This document shows, in pieces, positions 22,430 through 30,532 of a stretch of DNA of 36,300 bases; position 1 is the stretch's first letter, and each line of letters begins with the position of its first letter. The notes under the pieces were generated by a model. That model saw only the letters and a program-made list of their open reading frames with translations, was not told the DNA's origin and did no database searches. The translations under genes were made by a program, and so were the position numbers. The stretch comes from a virus, in IMG/VR virus record IMGVR_UViG_3300045988_181135; one strand, given 5' to 3'.

Positions 22430-23602
22430 TTATTTCTTTATGTCGTCTATGGCCCCGCCCTTGGTCAACAAGATAACGTGGTCGATGTCATGCCTCGACA
22501 TCTCAAGCCGCACGCGCTTCAGCGCGTCCTCTCTTGTCACAGGGACCTCCTCGCAGTTAAGCACGACGATAGAGGGCTTTACCGGCCCACCTTCCGCCTT
22601 TTCGAACTGCCGCACTGCCTTTCTTATATTGCGCTCGATGAACCTAAGCCCGTTGACGCCAGACGCATCGCTTGTCGGGCTCTTCAGCTCGCATAGCTTG
22701 CCGTCGAGCAGCAGGTCGATATTGGAAAAGCCCTCCGGCGCGTCCTCCTTGCGGACGACGACCTCGTGACCGGCCGCCCGAAGCGCCTCGTGCGCCGCGA
22801 GATCGTAGGAGCCGCCGCGCTCGTGCGCGAAGGTCTCTTTCGGCTTCTTGTACACGATTGGAGGCCCAGGCGAACCGAGCACCGCACGCTTCGCCGCGTC
22901 CTTGTCGGCGCTCGTCAGACTTTCGTCCTCATCGATGTTCTTGAACTGTGCCCACTGCTCGCGAAGCTCCTCGGGGCGCACGCCCTCCACGAGCTCCGCG
23001 TCCGGGTCGTCCTCGAAGCCGGGGACGACCTTGCAGTCGCAGTGCCGGTGGAAGTGTTTGAACTCGCCGGCGGATTTGCGCGTGTGGTAGACCGCGCCGC
23101 GACTCGCGAGCATGATGCAGAAGGTGCAGGTCTCGAAACCCGTCGGCACGCGCGCGAAGCGCACGCCCCTGTCCTTGTCGCGGCCCACGTTGGAGATGAT
23201 CGTCTCGTTCAGGCTGCGGAACGCGTCGTTCCTGGCGTACTCGCCGCACGCCCTGGCGAACGCCCCGTCGCCGCCCTTCACGAGCTTCTTCGCCTGGTAG
23301 CGCGCGACCTCGTCTACGGACTTCGGCCTGTAGGTCGTCACGGTGACGGCCTGCTGCAGCCTGGCGCCCTCGCGCTCGGCGAGGGCGTCGTACCACTGCG
23401 CCGCGAACTCCGCCGCCACGTCGTCGTAGCCCTGGACGAAGCCCTCCATGATGAGCTTCGCGGCCTCGCGTTTCTCGGCGACGGTCGCGCCCACGTGGGA
23501 GCGGCACCAGGCGAGCACGGCGGCCTCCACGTCGGATGCCGCCCTGTCTCCTATCTTCGCCACGGCCCGGTTGTAGGCCGCGAACTCAGGCGCGCTAATC
23601 AT
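22430..23602 (-). CDS. Minor head / head morphogenesis protein (SPP1 gp7 / MuF-like) fused to a PD-(D/E)xK-like toxin-type C-terminal domain
   Basis: It follows the portal. The Zn/His-Cys motif CTFC...HFHRHCDCKVVP is typical of gp7/MuF-type proteins. The C-terminal ~150 aa (about 22430-22880) is AT-richer and carries NIDLLLDGKLCELK (D...ExK). Confidence 0.7.
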   Translation of the reverse strand: MISAPEFAAYNRAVAKIGDRAASDVEAAVLAWCRSHVGATVAEKREAAKLIMEGFVQGYDDVAAEFAAQWYDALAEREGARLQQAVTVTTYRPKSVDEVARYQAKKLVKGGDGAFARACGEYARNDAFRSLNETIISNVGRDKDRGVRFARVPTGFETCTFCIMLASRGAVYHTRKSAGEFKHFHRHCDCKVVPGFEDDPDAELVEGVRPEELREQWAQFKNIDEDESLTSADKDAAKRAVLGSPGPPIVYKKPKETFAHERGGSYDLAAHEALRAAGHEVVVRKEDAPEGFSNIDLLLDGKLCELKSPTSDASGVNGLRFIERNIRKAVRQFEKAEGGPVKPSIVVLNCEEVPVTREDALKRVRLEMSRHDIDHVILLTKGGAIDDIKK

Positions 23603-25013
23603 CGGCGGGCTGCGCGGGCTCCGCCGCCTGGGTGACGCCCGCCATCAGGTCGAGCGCCGCCGAGCGCGTCACGTTGCGTCTGATCTCGGACGAGACGTTG
23701 CGCACCTCGTCGTCGTCGAGGCCGTTGAGCCGCCAGAAGGTCGGCGTGCCGGCGAAACCCTCGACCGCCGAAGCGAGCTTGATGGAGCTGTCAGTCTGCT
23801 GGGCCAGCGTCGGCATGGCGGGGTTCAGGAAGTGGACGGACACGCCGCAGGCGTCCTCGGCCTCCTCGTAGGAGCACCCAAGTTCCGTGGCAATCGCTGC
23901 GGTCGCGGCATTCGCCAGCGCCGCCTTGGCCTCGCGGATGAAGCTCTTGCACTTGAGGATGAGCGGCTCGTTCTCGGCGTAGATCGCCTCGGCGGAGCTG
24001 GGGTTGTCGCTCATGATGCCGAACTGCCCCACGTGGATGCCGGTCGCTGCGCTCATGCGCTTGCACAGGTTGCCGAAGTGCTCGGTCATGGGCTGCATGC
24101 TCGGCTGAGTGAGCTGGCCGAACTGCGGAATCGTGCCGTCCTCGGTCTTGGTGACCTCGAAGATGGAGCCGATGAAGGCGCTCCATTTGGTCTTGTCGGC
24201 GAACGCGTCTCCGTCGGTGCCCAGCAGGTACTTCTGCGTGGACGCGGCGAACGCGGCGGCGATCTCCTCGTTGACGTTGGCGCGCATGGCGCAGTCGATG
24301 TTCCAGCGCACCTCGGAGTTGATCCTGGACACGCCGAACGGTCGGTCGTCGTCGGGGTTGTGCGGCATGACGAACATGGGCACGGCGCCCAGGCCGTGCT
24401 CCACGTACTCCGCCGCCCACTCGTTGCGGCGAACCTCGCGGATGCGCACCATGCGGTCCGGCAGCATCACGTTGACCCAGTCCGGGCGGTCCGTGGGCCG
24501 CCCGCGGTCCTTGGCGAAGGAGACGACGAACATGCCGGAGGACAGGCACTCGTGGACGTCGTCCCAGATGCCCGTGCACAGGGTCGGCGGGTACGCCGAG
24601 ATGCGGGCGTGCCCGTCCTCGTCCGCCGTCACCACGAGCATGGAGAAGCAGTACTTGAGTGCGGAGTTGACGGCCTTGCCGACGCGCGTGGCCATCTTGT
24701 TGCGCTTGGCCACGGAGGTGAGCAGGCCGTCGAAGTCCTCATCGTCGGGGCACGTGAACCCGTCGAAGGCGATGTGGTCGCGCATGACCTCCACGCACTT
24801 GTATCCCCAGCCGCACGCGACCTCCAGGTCGCGCAGCGAGTCGGGCACGGCGATGCCGAGGTCCTTGAGCATGTTGCGCGCCTCGTAGTAGTCCGAGCGC
24901 AGGAGGTTGCCCTTGTAGTGGGTCTGCCAGCTGTTGAGCAGGCAGCGCACCGTCTCGCGGTCCTCCTCGAGCAGGCCGTCGGCGGACGCCACGGCGTAAG
25001 GTATCGAGATCAA
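23595..25013 (-). CDS. Portal protein (SPP1 Gp6-like, 472 aa)
   Basis: It lies immediately downstream of TerL and has typical size and sequence style. The TTG start overlaps the TerL TGA. Confidence 0.85.
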   Translation of the reverse strand: MISIPYAVASADGLLEEDRETVRCLLNSWQTHYKGNLLRSDYYEARNMLKDLGIAVPDSLRDLEVACGWGYKCVEVMRDHIAFDGFTCPDDEDFDGLLTSVAKRNKMATRVGKAVNSALKYCFSMLVVTADEDGHARISAYPPTLCTGIWDDVHECLSSGMFVVSFAKDRGRPTDRPDWVNVMLPDRMVRIREVRRNEWAAEYVEHGLGAVPMFVMPHNPDDDRPFGVSRINSEVRWNIDCAMRANVNEEIAAAFAASTQKYLLGTDGDAFADKTKWSAFIGSIFEVTKTEDGTIPQFGQLTQPSMQPMTEHFGNLCKRMSAATGIHVGQFGIMSDNPSSAEAIYAENEPLILKCKSFIREAKAALANAATAAIATELGCSYEEAEDACGVSVHFLNPAMPTLAQQTDSSIKLASAVEGFAGTPTFWRLNGLDDDEVRNVSSEIRRNVTRSAALDLMAGVTQAAEPAQPADD

Positions 25014-26503
25014 GTGACCCTCGCCTTCATTCCGGGTTTTCTCTTCGATGTGTTAAGCGCGAGCAGCGCCAGCCCCGCGGCCTCGATGGGCGCGGCGTTG
25101 TCGCCGCCGAAGCCCCAGCCGCCGCCGGAGCCGATCTTGCGCTTGGGGGATGTCTCGGCGGAAAGGTCGAGCGCAGGGCACGCAATGTGCGTGACCGAGC
25201 CCGCCTTCGCGCCGGACGAGATGAGACTTGCGGCGGTCACGGCCTGGTCGGTGCTCGGGCGCAGGATGTAGTCCTTGGGCATGCCCATGCCCTCGAGCTT
25301 GTCGCACAGGGCGCCGGCGCCTGCCTTGCCGTCGATGGCGACGCAGGCGTACCTGCCCGCCCTCGCGGCGATCCAGTAGGCCAGCCAATCCGTGCTGGGC
25401 TCCGGGTCCTTGCAGAAGGGAAGCTCAACATGCACGGTCGGCGAGCCGGGCGGCCGCACGGCGCACGCCACGGCGACGGTCGAGCCGTCGGCGCTGAATC
25501 TCACGCCGGCGCAGATCCTGCAGTCGGCGTTCAGCTCGGGGCCGCTCTCCACGAGGCACTCGCCCCATGCGTCGGAGCCGATGATGGGCTTCTCCACCTG
25601 GTTCTGTGGGGGCAGCCAGTAGCCCAGGTACTCCTGGGCGGCGCCAAGCTCGTCCATGTCCTTCATGCCGGTTCGGATGGCGCGGATGTCGGCGTGGTAG
25701 CCGAGCGAGGGCATGACCTCCGGCCAGCGGCTCTCGTCCCAGATGTCGCCGACCTCCTCGACGCCGTACTCCAGCCAGAGCAGATCGGACGCCTTCTCGC
25801 CGCCCTCCCATGCCTGCCGCCGGAGGTTCTTGAACACCTCGGCGGGGTTGCCGGCGCGGGTCGGCGTTCCGGCGTACACGATCATCAGGTTGTGCTTGGC
25901 GCCGGACGTCGTCGTCGGGTTGATGACCTGGGTGTGGATGCCCGTGAGCTCCTGGGCCTCGTCGTATATGACGATGTCGAAGGAGAAGCCCAGGCGCGAG
26001 GACTTGGTTCTCGTCGAGAACTGGATGACGCCGCCGGAGCTGAACCGCATCCATTCCTGGCCGGTCTGGGAGCAGACCTCGACCAGGAGCTTGCGCCAGC
26101 GCGGGATTCCCTCGGACGTGTCGCCGACACGGCGGCCGAAGATCTTGCGGAAGCGGTCGACCATCTCCATGGTCGTCGAGTAGTTGTGCTCGGTCCAGAG
26201 CACCTTGTAGCCGGCCAGCGCCGCCATGACCGCGACCCACACGATGATGTCGACGGACTTGCCTTGCTGTCGCGGGATGGAGATGCCGACACGCGGGTGG
26301 ACCCACTTGCCGCTCGCGTCCACGGCGCCGATGTCGTGGGCGAGCTGCTCCTGCCACGGCACGAGCTTGTATCCCATCGTCGGGGCGAGCTCGACCGCGA
26401 GGGAGCCGATGGACCTCTCGTAGGGCTGGACGAGGCGAAGCCTCGGCTTAGCCGAGGACGTCGCGCAGGACCGAGACGGCGTTGATGATGACATCGTCGC
26501 CAC
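25010..26503 (-). CDS. terL: Terminase large subunit
   Basis: Walker-A-like IPRQQGKS and an ATPase/nuclease layout, sitting after TerS. Start is uncertain: 26503 overlaps TerS by 56 nt, and the alternative is ATG 26377. Confidence 0.85.
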   Translation of the reverse strand: MATMSSSTPSRSCATSSAKPRLRLVQPYERSIGSLAVELAPTMGYKLVPWQEQLAHDIGAVDASGKWVHPRVGISIPRQQGKSVDIIVWVAVMAALAGYKVLWTEHNYSTTMEMVDRFRKIFGRRVGDTSEGIPRWRKLLVEVCSQTGQEWMRFSSGGVIQFSTRTKSSRLGFSFDIVIYDEAQELTGIHTQVINPTTTSGAKHNLMIVYAGTPTRAGNPAEVFKNLRRQAWEGGEKASDLLWLEYGVEEVGDIWDESRWPEVMPSLGYHADIRAIRTGMKDMDELGAAQEYLGYWLPPQNQVEKPIIGSDAWGECLVESGPELNADCRICAGVRFSADGSTVAVACAVRPPGSPTVHVELPFCKDPEPSTDWLAYWIAARAGRYACVAIDGKAGAGALCDKLEGMGMPKDYILRPSTDQAVTAASLISSGAKAGSVTHIACPALDLSAETSPKRKIGSGGGWGFGGDNAAPIEAAGLALLALNTSKRKPGMKARVT

Positions 26504-26897
26504 CGTCCTCCCCAGCCCCCTCTATTCGTTCAATCTGCTCGAGCGTCTCGCGGTACTCCTTGGCGAGCCGGGCCGCCTGGCTGGGCTCGGCGTCGTATAG
26601 CTGTCGCTCGATGACCTGCCGCACCCACCGGAGCCTCCCGAGCGTGTCCTGGCGGCCGTCCGGGCCGTCCGCGGGGGGCGCCGAGACGCCCGCGCCCACG
26701 GACTCCCCCGTGGACTCGCCGGTCGCGATCTCGCCGCTCTCCTTCATTCTCTTGATGAGGGCGCACACGCCCGAGCGCGACCGCTTGAGCTTCTTCGCGA
26801 TAGCCGCAGGTCCGAGCGCCGGGTACGCGTTTCTGACGAACTCCCGCTCGTCTGCGGTCCAGGGCTTGCCCCTCGGCTTCGTGGACTTCGTGGACAT
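26448..26897 (-). CDS. terS: Terminase small subunit (HTH N-terminus, 149 aa)
   Basis: ATG 26897 lies 8 nt after GGGAGG. WTADEREFVRNAYPALGPAAIAKKLKRSRSGVCALIKR is an HTH, followed by a coiled C-terminus. Confidence 0.75.
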   Translation of the reverse strand: MSTKSTKPRGKPWTADEREFVRNAYPALGPAAIAKKLKRSRSGVCALIKRMKESGEIATGESTGESVGAGVSAPPADGPDGRQDTLGRLRWVRQVIERQLYDAEPSQAARLAKEYRETLEQIERIEGAGEDGGDDVIINAVSVLRDVLG

Positions 26898-27005
26898 TCC
26901 ATGCACCTCCCGGTATGGACTCGGTTTCGGGGCCTGCGCAAAAAAGGCGCAATGCCGTGGGGCGAGCCTTCGGCCCCGGGGAGGGGGCCATCCCCCAGGG
27001 TCGGG

Positions 27006-27320
27006 TCACCATGGCAGCGAGGTCGAGCAGCCGACGTCGCGGGGGCGCGGCGATATCGAGCCGTTGAGCGCGGCGAGGCTCTTGTTGCCGCGCCGCTCGT
27101 TGCAGATCCGGTGGGCCGGCGCGACGTTCGCGCGGTCGATGGGCGAGCCGCCCTTGGACACGGGCACGATCTCGTCCACCTCGAAGCTCATCGGGTCGCC
27201 CGCGGGCAGGTCGTAGTCGATGGCCATGCCGCAGATGTGGCATGGCAGCCCCTGCGCCTTGAGCCAGGCGCGCACCTGCCGGCGGGCGTGGCCATTGGCG
27301 TAGCGGGTCTTGGTGGCCAC
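27006..27320 (-). CDS. HNH endonuclease (104 aa)
   Basis: GTG 27320 follows GGAG. CHICG...EVDEIVPVSKGG...APAHRICNERRGNK is an HNH motif. The track ORF 27006..27596 over-extends. Confidence 0.85.
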   Translation of the reverse strand: MATKTRYANGHARRQVRAWLKAQGLPCHICGMAIDYDLPAGDPMSFEVDEIVPVSKGGSPIDRANVAPAHRICNERRGNKSLAALNGSISPRPRDVGCSTSLPW

Positions 27321-27322
27321 GC

Positions 27323-27523
27323 CTAGCGCTCCACGGGAGAGCGACCCCGGTTGGCCATGCACTCCTCGAGCCCCGCGTAGCGCAGACGCTCGACGGCTTT
27401 GCCGGCCCCCTTGCACTTGCGCCCGCCCGCGCGGCGGGCGATGCCCAGGGCGCGGCGGAATGCCCACGCCATCACGGTGCCGTACCTGTTGGCGGCACGG
27501 ACGATAGCCTCGCGTGTGACCAC
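27323..27523 (-). CDS. Small basic hypothetical protein (66 aa)
   Basis: GAGGTGG RBS upstream and high G/C3. Its TAG lies 2 nt before the HNH GTG. Confidence 0.5.
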   Translation of the reverse strand: MVTREAIVRAANRYGTVMAWAFRRALGIARRAGGRKCKGAGKAVERLRYAGLEECMANRGRSPVER

Positions 27524-27683
27524 GGACCCACCTCATTACGTTGTCGTTCCATAGAAAGGCCGGGGTCCCTGAACTGCTGAAGGGAACCCCGGCCACTCAT
27601 CTGTGCTTCCACGCACATCCGACCCGCACACCGCGCGGGCGGCGCTGCGAATCGACACCCTAGTTATATCCCAATCGCAACGC

Positions 27684-27788
27684 GCAACGGCACGCAATCG
27701 CGCGCAATTGTCGGCAATCGTATGCAATCACGCGCAATTGTCGGCAATCACATGCAATAGTTGGCAATCACACGTAATGACATGCAAT
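27684..27788. repeat. Helically phased decamer array (GCAAT every 10 bp, 11 registers; 30-bp higher-order repeat)
   Basis: G(C/T)AA(T/C) starts at 27684, 27694, 27704, 27714, 27724, 27734, 27744, 27754, 27764, 27774 and 27784. CGCGCAATTGTCGGCAATC is duplicated at 27701-27719 and 27731-27749. Confidence 0.9.
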
Positions 27789-27797
27789 AGCGAACCA

Positions 27798-27832
27798 AGA
27801 GAAAGGCCCCGACCGCACATGGCGATCGGGGC
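27798..27832 (-). terminator. Intrinsic terminator after hicB
   Basis: The minus strand reads GGCCCCGA-tcgccatgtgcgg-TCGGGGCC followed by TTTCTCT. Confidence 0.7.
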
Positions 27833-27861
27833 CGACATGCTGACGCGAACCAGCACTTGTA

Positions 27862-28314
27862 TTATACGGCGACGGGAGCCTCTTTCGGGCGCCCAGCCTT
27901 GGGTGAATCGGCGAGTCTGGCCTCGACGGAGGCCTTGGACACCATGCGCTTTGTGCCGTCCCTCCACGAGTCGAGCAACCCCGCGCCTATCAGCTGCGAC
28001 ACCCTCGCCGAGCTGACGCCGAGCATGCGGGCGGCATCTGCGGCAGTGACGGCGGGAATGTCACCGAGCTCGCGGCTGACGGCGATGGCGATGATCTTGC
28101 CCCCGTTCAGTGGCTCATGGCCAAAGTCGGGCGCGGGAAGGTCGACCCCGCCCATGAGGTGATCGTCGACCATGCAGGCGAGGTAGTCGGCCGCGCTCGC
28201 GACGGCATCGTTCAAGTCGGACCCGAACGTGCCGCCTCCTCCGAGCGAACCGCACGGCACGGCATCGACCATGCCTCCAGAATCAAAGAATTCGAATTCC
28301 CATACGTAAACCAT
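27862..28314 (-). CDS. hicB: HicB-family antitoxin with C-terminal HTH (150 aa)
   Basis: The N-terminus MVYVWEFEFFDSGGMVDAVPCG has the HicB-like fold signature. The C-terminal HTH is TAADAARMLGVSSARVSQLIGAG. It lies directly downstream of hicA with an AAAGGAGA RBS. Confidence 0.7.
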   Translation of the reverse strand: MVYVWEFEFFDSGGMVDAVPCGSLGGGGTFGSDLNDAVASAADYLACMVDDHLMGGVDLPAPDFGHEPLNGGKIIAIAVSRELGDIPAVTAADAARMLGVSSARVSQLIGAGLLDSWRDGTKRMVSKASVEARLADSPKAGRPKEAPVAV

Positions 28315-28365
28315 TCACGTCTCCTTTACGTGGGCGATGCAAGACGTAGCCCCAAAGGGGCGGGG

Positions 28366-28536
28366 CTAACGAAGCCCCGCCTGTCTCAGAATCCTCTTGG
28401 CTATCTGGTCCTCGATCTCCCTGTGGCGCTTCACCAGCACGAGTTTGTCGCCCTTGACGAACTTCTCGTGGTTGGTGCCGCCTTTGGAGATAAAGCCGGC
28501 TTCCTCGAGGATGCGGACCAGTTCGCGTCTCTGCAT
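28366..28536 (-). CDS. hicA: HicA-family mRNA interferase toxin (56 aa), absent from the ORF track
   Basis: Translation is MQRRELVRILEEAGFISKGGTNHEKFVKGDKLVLVKRHREIEDQIAKRILRQAGLR. GAAGGTGA RBS upstream, and the start codon reads CAT at 28534-28536 on the + strand. Confidence 0.75.
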   Translation of the reverse strand: MQRRELVRILEEAGFISKGGTNHEKFVKGDKLVLVKRHREIEDQIAKRILRQAGLR

Positions 28537-28614
28537 GTCACCTTCTTTCTATCGACAACTATATATTAGCATATCCTAATAGTTATTACTATATAAATCT
28601 TAGCTATTATTAAG
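28537..28614 (-). promoter_or_regulatory. AT-rich promoter/operator region of the hicAB cassette
   Basis: It is the most AT-rich 78 bp of the window (ctatatattagcatatcctaatagttattactatataaatcttagctattattaag). Confidence 0.5.
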
Positions 28615-29067
28615 TTATATCTCGGCAGCTCCTCGCCCTTGTCGCGCACGGGCGAGGCCGGTGAGGTCCACCCAGTCAACAGCCGCAGACAGGTCTGCCT
28701 GTATGGACCTCACCGACACCCCGAGCGCCCCCGCGATCTCCTGCAGCGTGCGGTCCTCGCAGTAGCGCAGCTCCAGCACGTCGCCCCAGCGCTTGCCGGG
28801 GTTGGCGGAGCGCACGCCCGCGCAGAGCTCGCGTCCGCGCTCCACTTCGCGTCGAAGCTCGGACAGCTCGGCGCCACTGCGGCGCTCGTAGTCGATCCGG
28901 TCGTCGGTGGACCTCATGAAGTCCGTGCCGTGCGCGCCCTTGCCCACGGCGTCGTAGCGCTGGGCGCGCACCTGCTCGCGCGCCTGCATCGACTCGATGA
29001 CCGCCAGGCGGCGGTCGATGCTGCGCTGAGCGGCCCGTACAGTCTCCAAATATTCACGTGCATCCAT
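28615..29067 (-). CDS. Sigma-70 region-4-like HTH protein, candidate late-gene activator (150 aa)
   Basis: WGDVLELRYCEDRTLQEIAGALGVSVRSIQADL is an ECF/r4-type HTH. It lies between the early genes and the packaging module. Confidence 0.65.
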   Translation of the reverse strand: MDAREYLETVRAAQRSIDRRLAVIESMQAREQVRAQRYDAVGKGAHGTDFMRSTDDRIDYERRSGAELSELRREVERGRELCAGVRSANPGKRWGDVLELRYCEDRTLQEIAGALGVSVRSIQADLSAAVDWVDLTGLARARQGRGAAEI

Positions 29068-29132
29068 GTGACCTCCCGCGTGGTACCATGCTCTACGCCA
29101 TGTAGAAGATGCCGGGAGGCGTCTTTGCCAAA

Positions 29133-29160
29133 GGCCGCCGGCGCTCCAACGCCAGCGGCC
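29133..29160. terminator. GC hairpin between the early small-gene cluster and the sigma-like gene
   Basis: The + strand reads GGCCGCCGGCG-ctccaa-CGCC-a-GCGGCC. The minus strand continues TTTGGC, and the + strand continues TTAATTATATAT. Confidence 0.45.
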
Positions 29161-29186
29161 TTAATTATATATCTACCTGCTGTAAC

Positions 29187-29435
29187 TCAATATCTCATCG
29201 CGACCTCACGCCGCATGGCCATGATCTCGTCGTGCGCCGGGCCCGTAGGCGCCAGGTAGCGGTCGACCTTGTCGCGCTTCGGCTTGGTACCCTTGCGGCG
29301 GGCCTCCTTCGCGCGGTCCTGCTCGTGCCTGCGCCGGCAGCCCTCCGAGCAGTACTTGGCCTTCGGCGCCTGCGGGATGAAGGTCCTCCCGCAGACCGCA
29401 CAGCTCCTCTCCTGCACGTCCCACATAACGGTCAT
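29187..29435 (-). CDS. Zinc-ribbon protein (82 aa)
   Basis: ATG 29435 follows AGGAGG. It has CAVCG...YCSEGCRRRH followed by a basic tail. Confidence 0.6.
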   Translation of the reverse strand: MTVMWDVQERSCAVCGRTFIPQAPKAKYCSEGCRRRHEQDRAKEARRKGTKPKRDKVDRYLAPTGPAHDEIMAMRREVAMRY

Positions 29436-29536
29436 CTCATCGACCTCCTGAGCCTGCGGGCGCGGCGCGCCTCGATGCTCTTGCGCACGCGGCAGTTCTC
29501 GGCGAGCATCCGCCACAGTCTCTCAAACAACCTCAT
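29432..29536 (-). CDS. Small basic ORF (34 aa), translationally coupled at both ends
   Basis: Translation is MRLFERLWRMLAENCRVRKSIEARRARRLRRSMR. There are ATGA overlaps with both the upstream stop and the downstream start. Confidence 0.3.
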   Translation of the reverse strand: MRLFERLWRMLAENCRVRKSIEARRARRLRRSMR

Positions 29537-29745
29537 CGCTTAGCCTTCCTCGACATCTTGAGCGCGCGGGCCCGGTCGCGTTCCAGCGCACGCGCCCTCC
29601 GCTCCGTCTCACCGATCTGCGCCGACGTCACCCGCGGCGCGTCGGCCCGTCCATGCACGAGCGCCCGGCGCGCGGGGCCCGAAACCAGATCGGGCACCAT
29701 GCGCCAGGCGGTTGCGCGGAACAAGTCGGTCGCCGAGCGGATCAC
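29533..29745 (-). CDS. Hypothetical protein (70 aa)
   Basis: GTG 29745 overlaps the TGA of the Lar-like gene (GTGA). The track ORF 29533..29847 over-extends into that gene. Confidence 0.4.
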   Translation of the reverse strand: MIRSATDLFRATAWRMVPDLVSGPARRALVHGRADAPRVTSAQIGETERRARALERDRARALKMSRKAKR

Positions 29746-29957
29746 CGGCTGTTCCAGCTGTCCGCGAGCATGGCGACGGCCTCTTTTTGCGAAGTCGCCA
29801 TCATGTGCCCCCACGCGATACTGTTGGACATCCCGCAGGAGGGACACGTCACGCTCATCACATTGGGCCGGTCCAGGGAACGCTCACGCACGTCCTCTAC
29901 CTTAGGCTCGGCCCCGCACCTGGGGCACGCCTTGAACTCGGCATCGTTAAAGGTCAC
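29742..29957 (-). CDS. Lar-family restriction-alleviation-like zinc-ribbon protein (71 aa)
   Basis: CPRCG...VTCPSCG...SQKEAVAMLADSWNSR matches the Lar family pattern (CxxC...CxxC...EA...WN.R). The GTG start follows GGGAGAG. Confidence 0.55.
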   Translation of the reverse strand: MTFNDAEFKACPRCGAEPKVEDVRERSLDRPNVMSVTCPSCGMSNSIAWGHMMATSQKEAVAMLADSWNSR

Positions 29958-30192
29958 AGCTCTCTCCCATCTCTCTGAACTCGGCCTCATAGCACCTCGG
30001 GCAGACGGCGTAGCCGAACCCGAGGTCGTTGTGGATCAGCCGCGAGGTGTAGCTCTCGCCGAACGCGAGCTCGCACCCGCACTCCGCGCAGACCAGTTCC
30101 GGACGTCTCGGTCGGGCGTAGAGTGGATGGAGGCGATGCGAGATCCACCGCAGAAATAGCAGCTCATCAAAAACTACCCCCGTCCCAGCCAT
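29947..30192 (-). CDS. Zinc-ribbon protein (81 aa)
   Basis: Sequence is MAGTGVVFDELLFLRW...CAECG...CPRCYEAEF. The start is uncertain and overlaps the upstream gene by 26 nt. Confidence 0.45.
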   Translation of the reverse strand: MAGTGVVFDELLFLRWISHRLHPLYARPRRPELVCAECGCELAFGESYTSRLIHNDLGFGYAVCPRCYEAEFREMGESCDL

Positions 30193-30532
30193 CAGGCATG
30201 TCCTCCATGCGGCGGCGCGTCCTATACGTGCGCACGGTGGTAATTTCGACCTCGAATGCGCGCCCACATGCCGGGCACTCGATTTCATCCTCGGCCTCCT
30301 CGTACTCCCACGGATCACTGATGGAAATCTCGCAGTAGGGGCAGATCAGGCGTTCCTCAGCGAACTGCTCGTTCTCCCACTTGTACGAGATTTGGGCCTT
30401 CCTGAAGCACTCATCGCATGTCGAGGACCCCTGTTCGCCTAAAATCGCCGCCACCGAAGGCGACCACTCGTGATAGTTCGGCGTCGGCTTCCCGCACACA
30501 GAGCAGGTGTACACCTTTGCCTCCTCACTCAT
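30167..30532 (-). CDS. Multi-zinc-ribbon protein (121 aa, four CxxC pairs)
   Basis: The four pairs are CSVCG, CDEC, CPYC and CPACG. Confidence 0.65.
   Translation of the reverse strand: MSEEAKVYTCSVCGKPTPNYHEWSPSVAAILGEQGSSTCDECFRKAQISYKWENEQFAEERLICPYCEISISDPWEYEEAEDEIECPACGRAFEVEITTVRTYRTRRRMEDMPDGWDGGSF

Noticed and set aside
27684-27788. Possible CRISPR array (also considered for the 24-bp repeats at 32299-32402)
   Set aside because: The periods are 10 and 24 bp with no unique spacers. One array lies in frame within a coding sequence. There are no cas genes. Neither is CRISPR-like.
29533-29847. Full-length 104-aa track ORF, and 29947..30318 (123 aa), as annotated
   Set aside because: Their 5' parts overlap better-supported upstream genes in other frames. 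Internal GTG/ATG starts with ATGA/GTGA coupling give a consistent non-overlapping gene chain, so only the shortened versions were kept.
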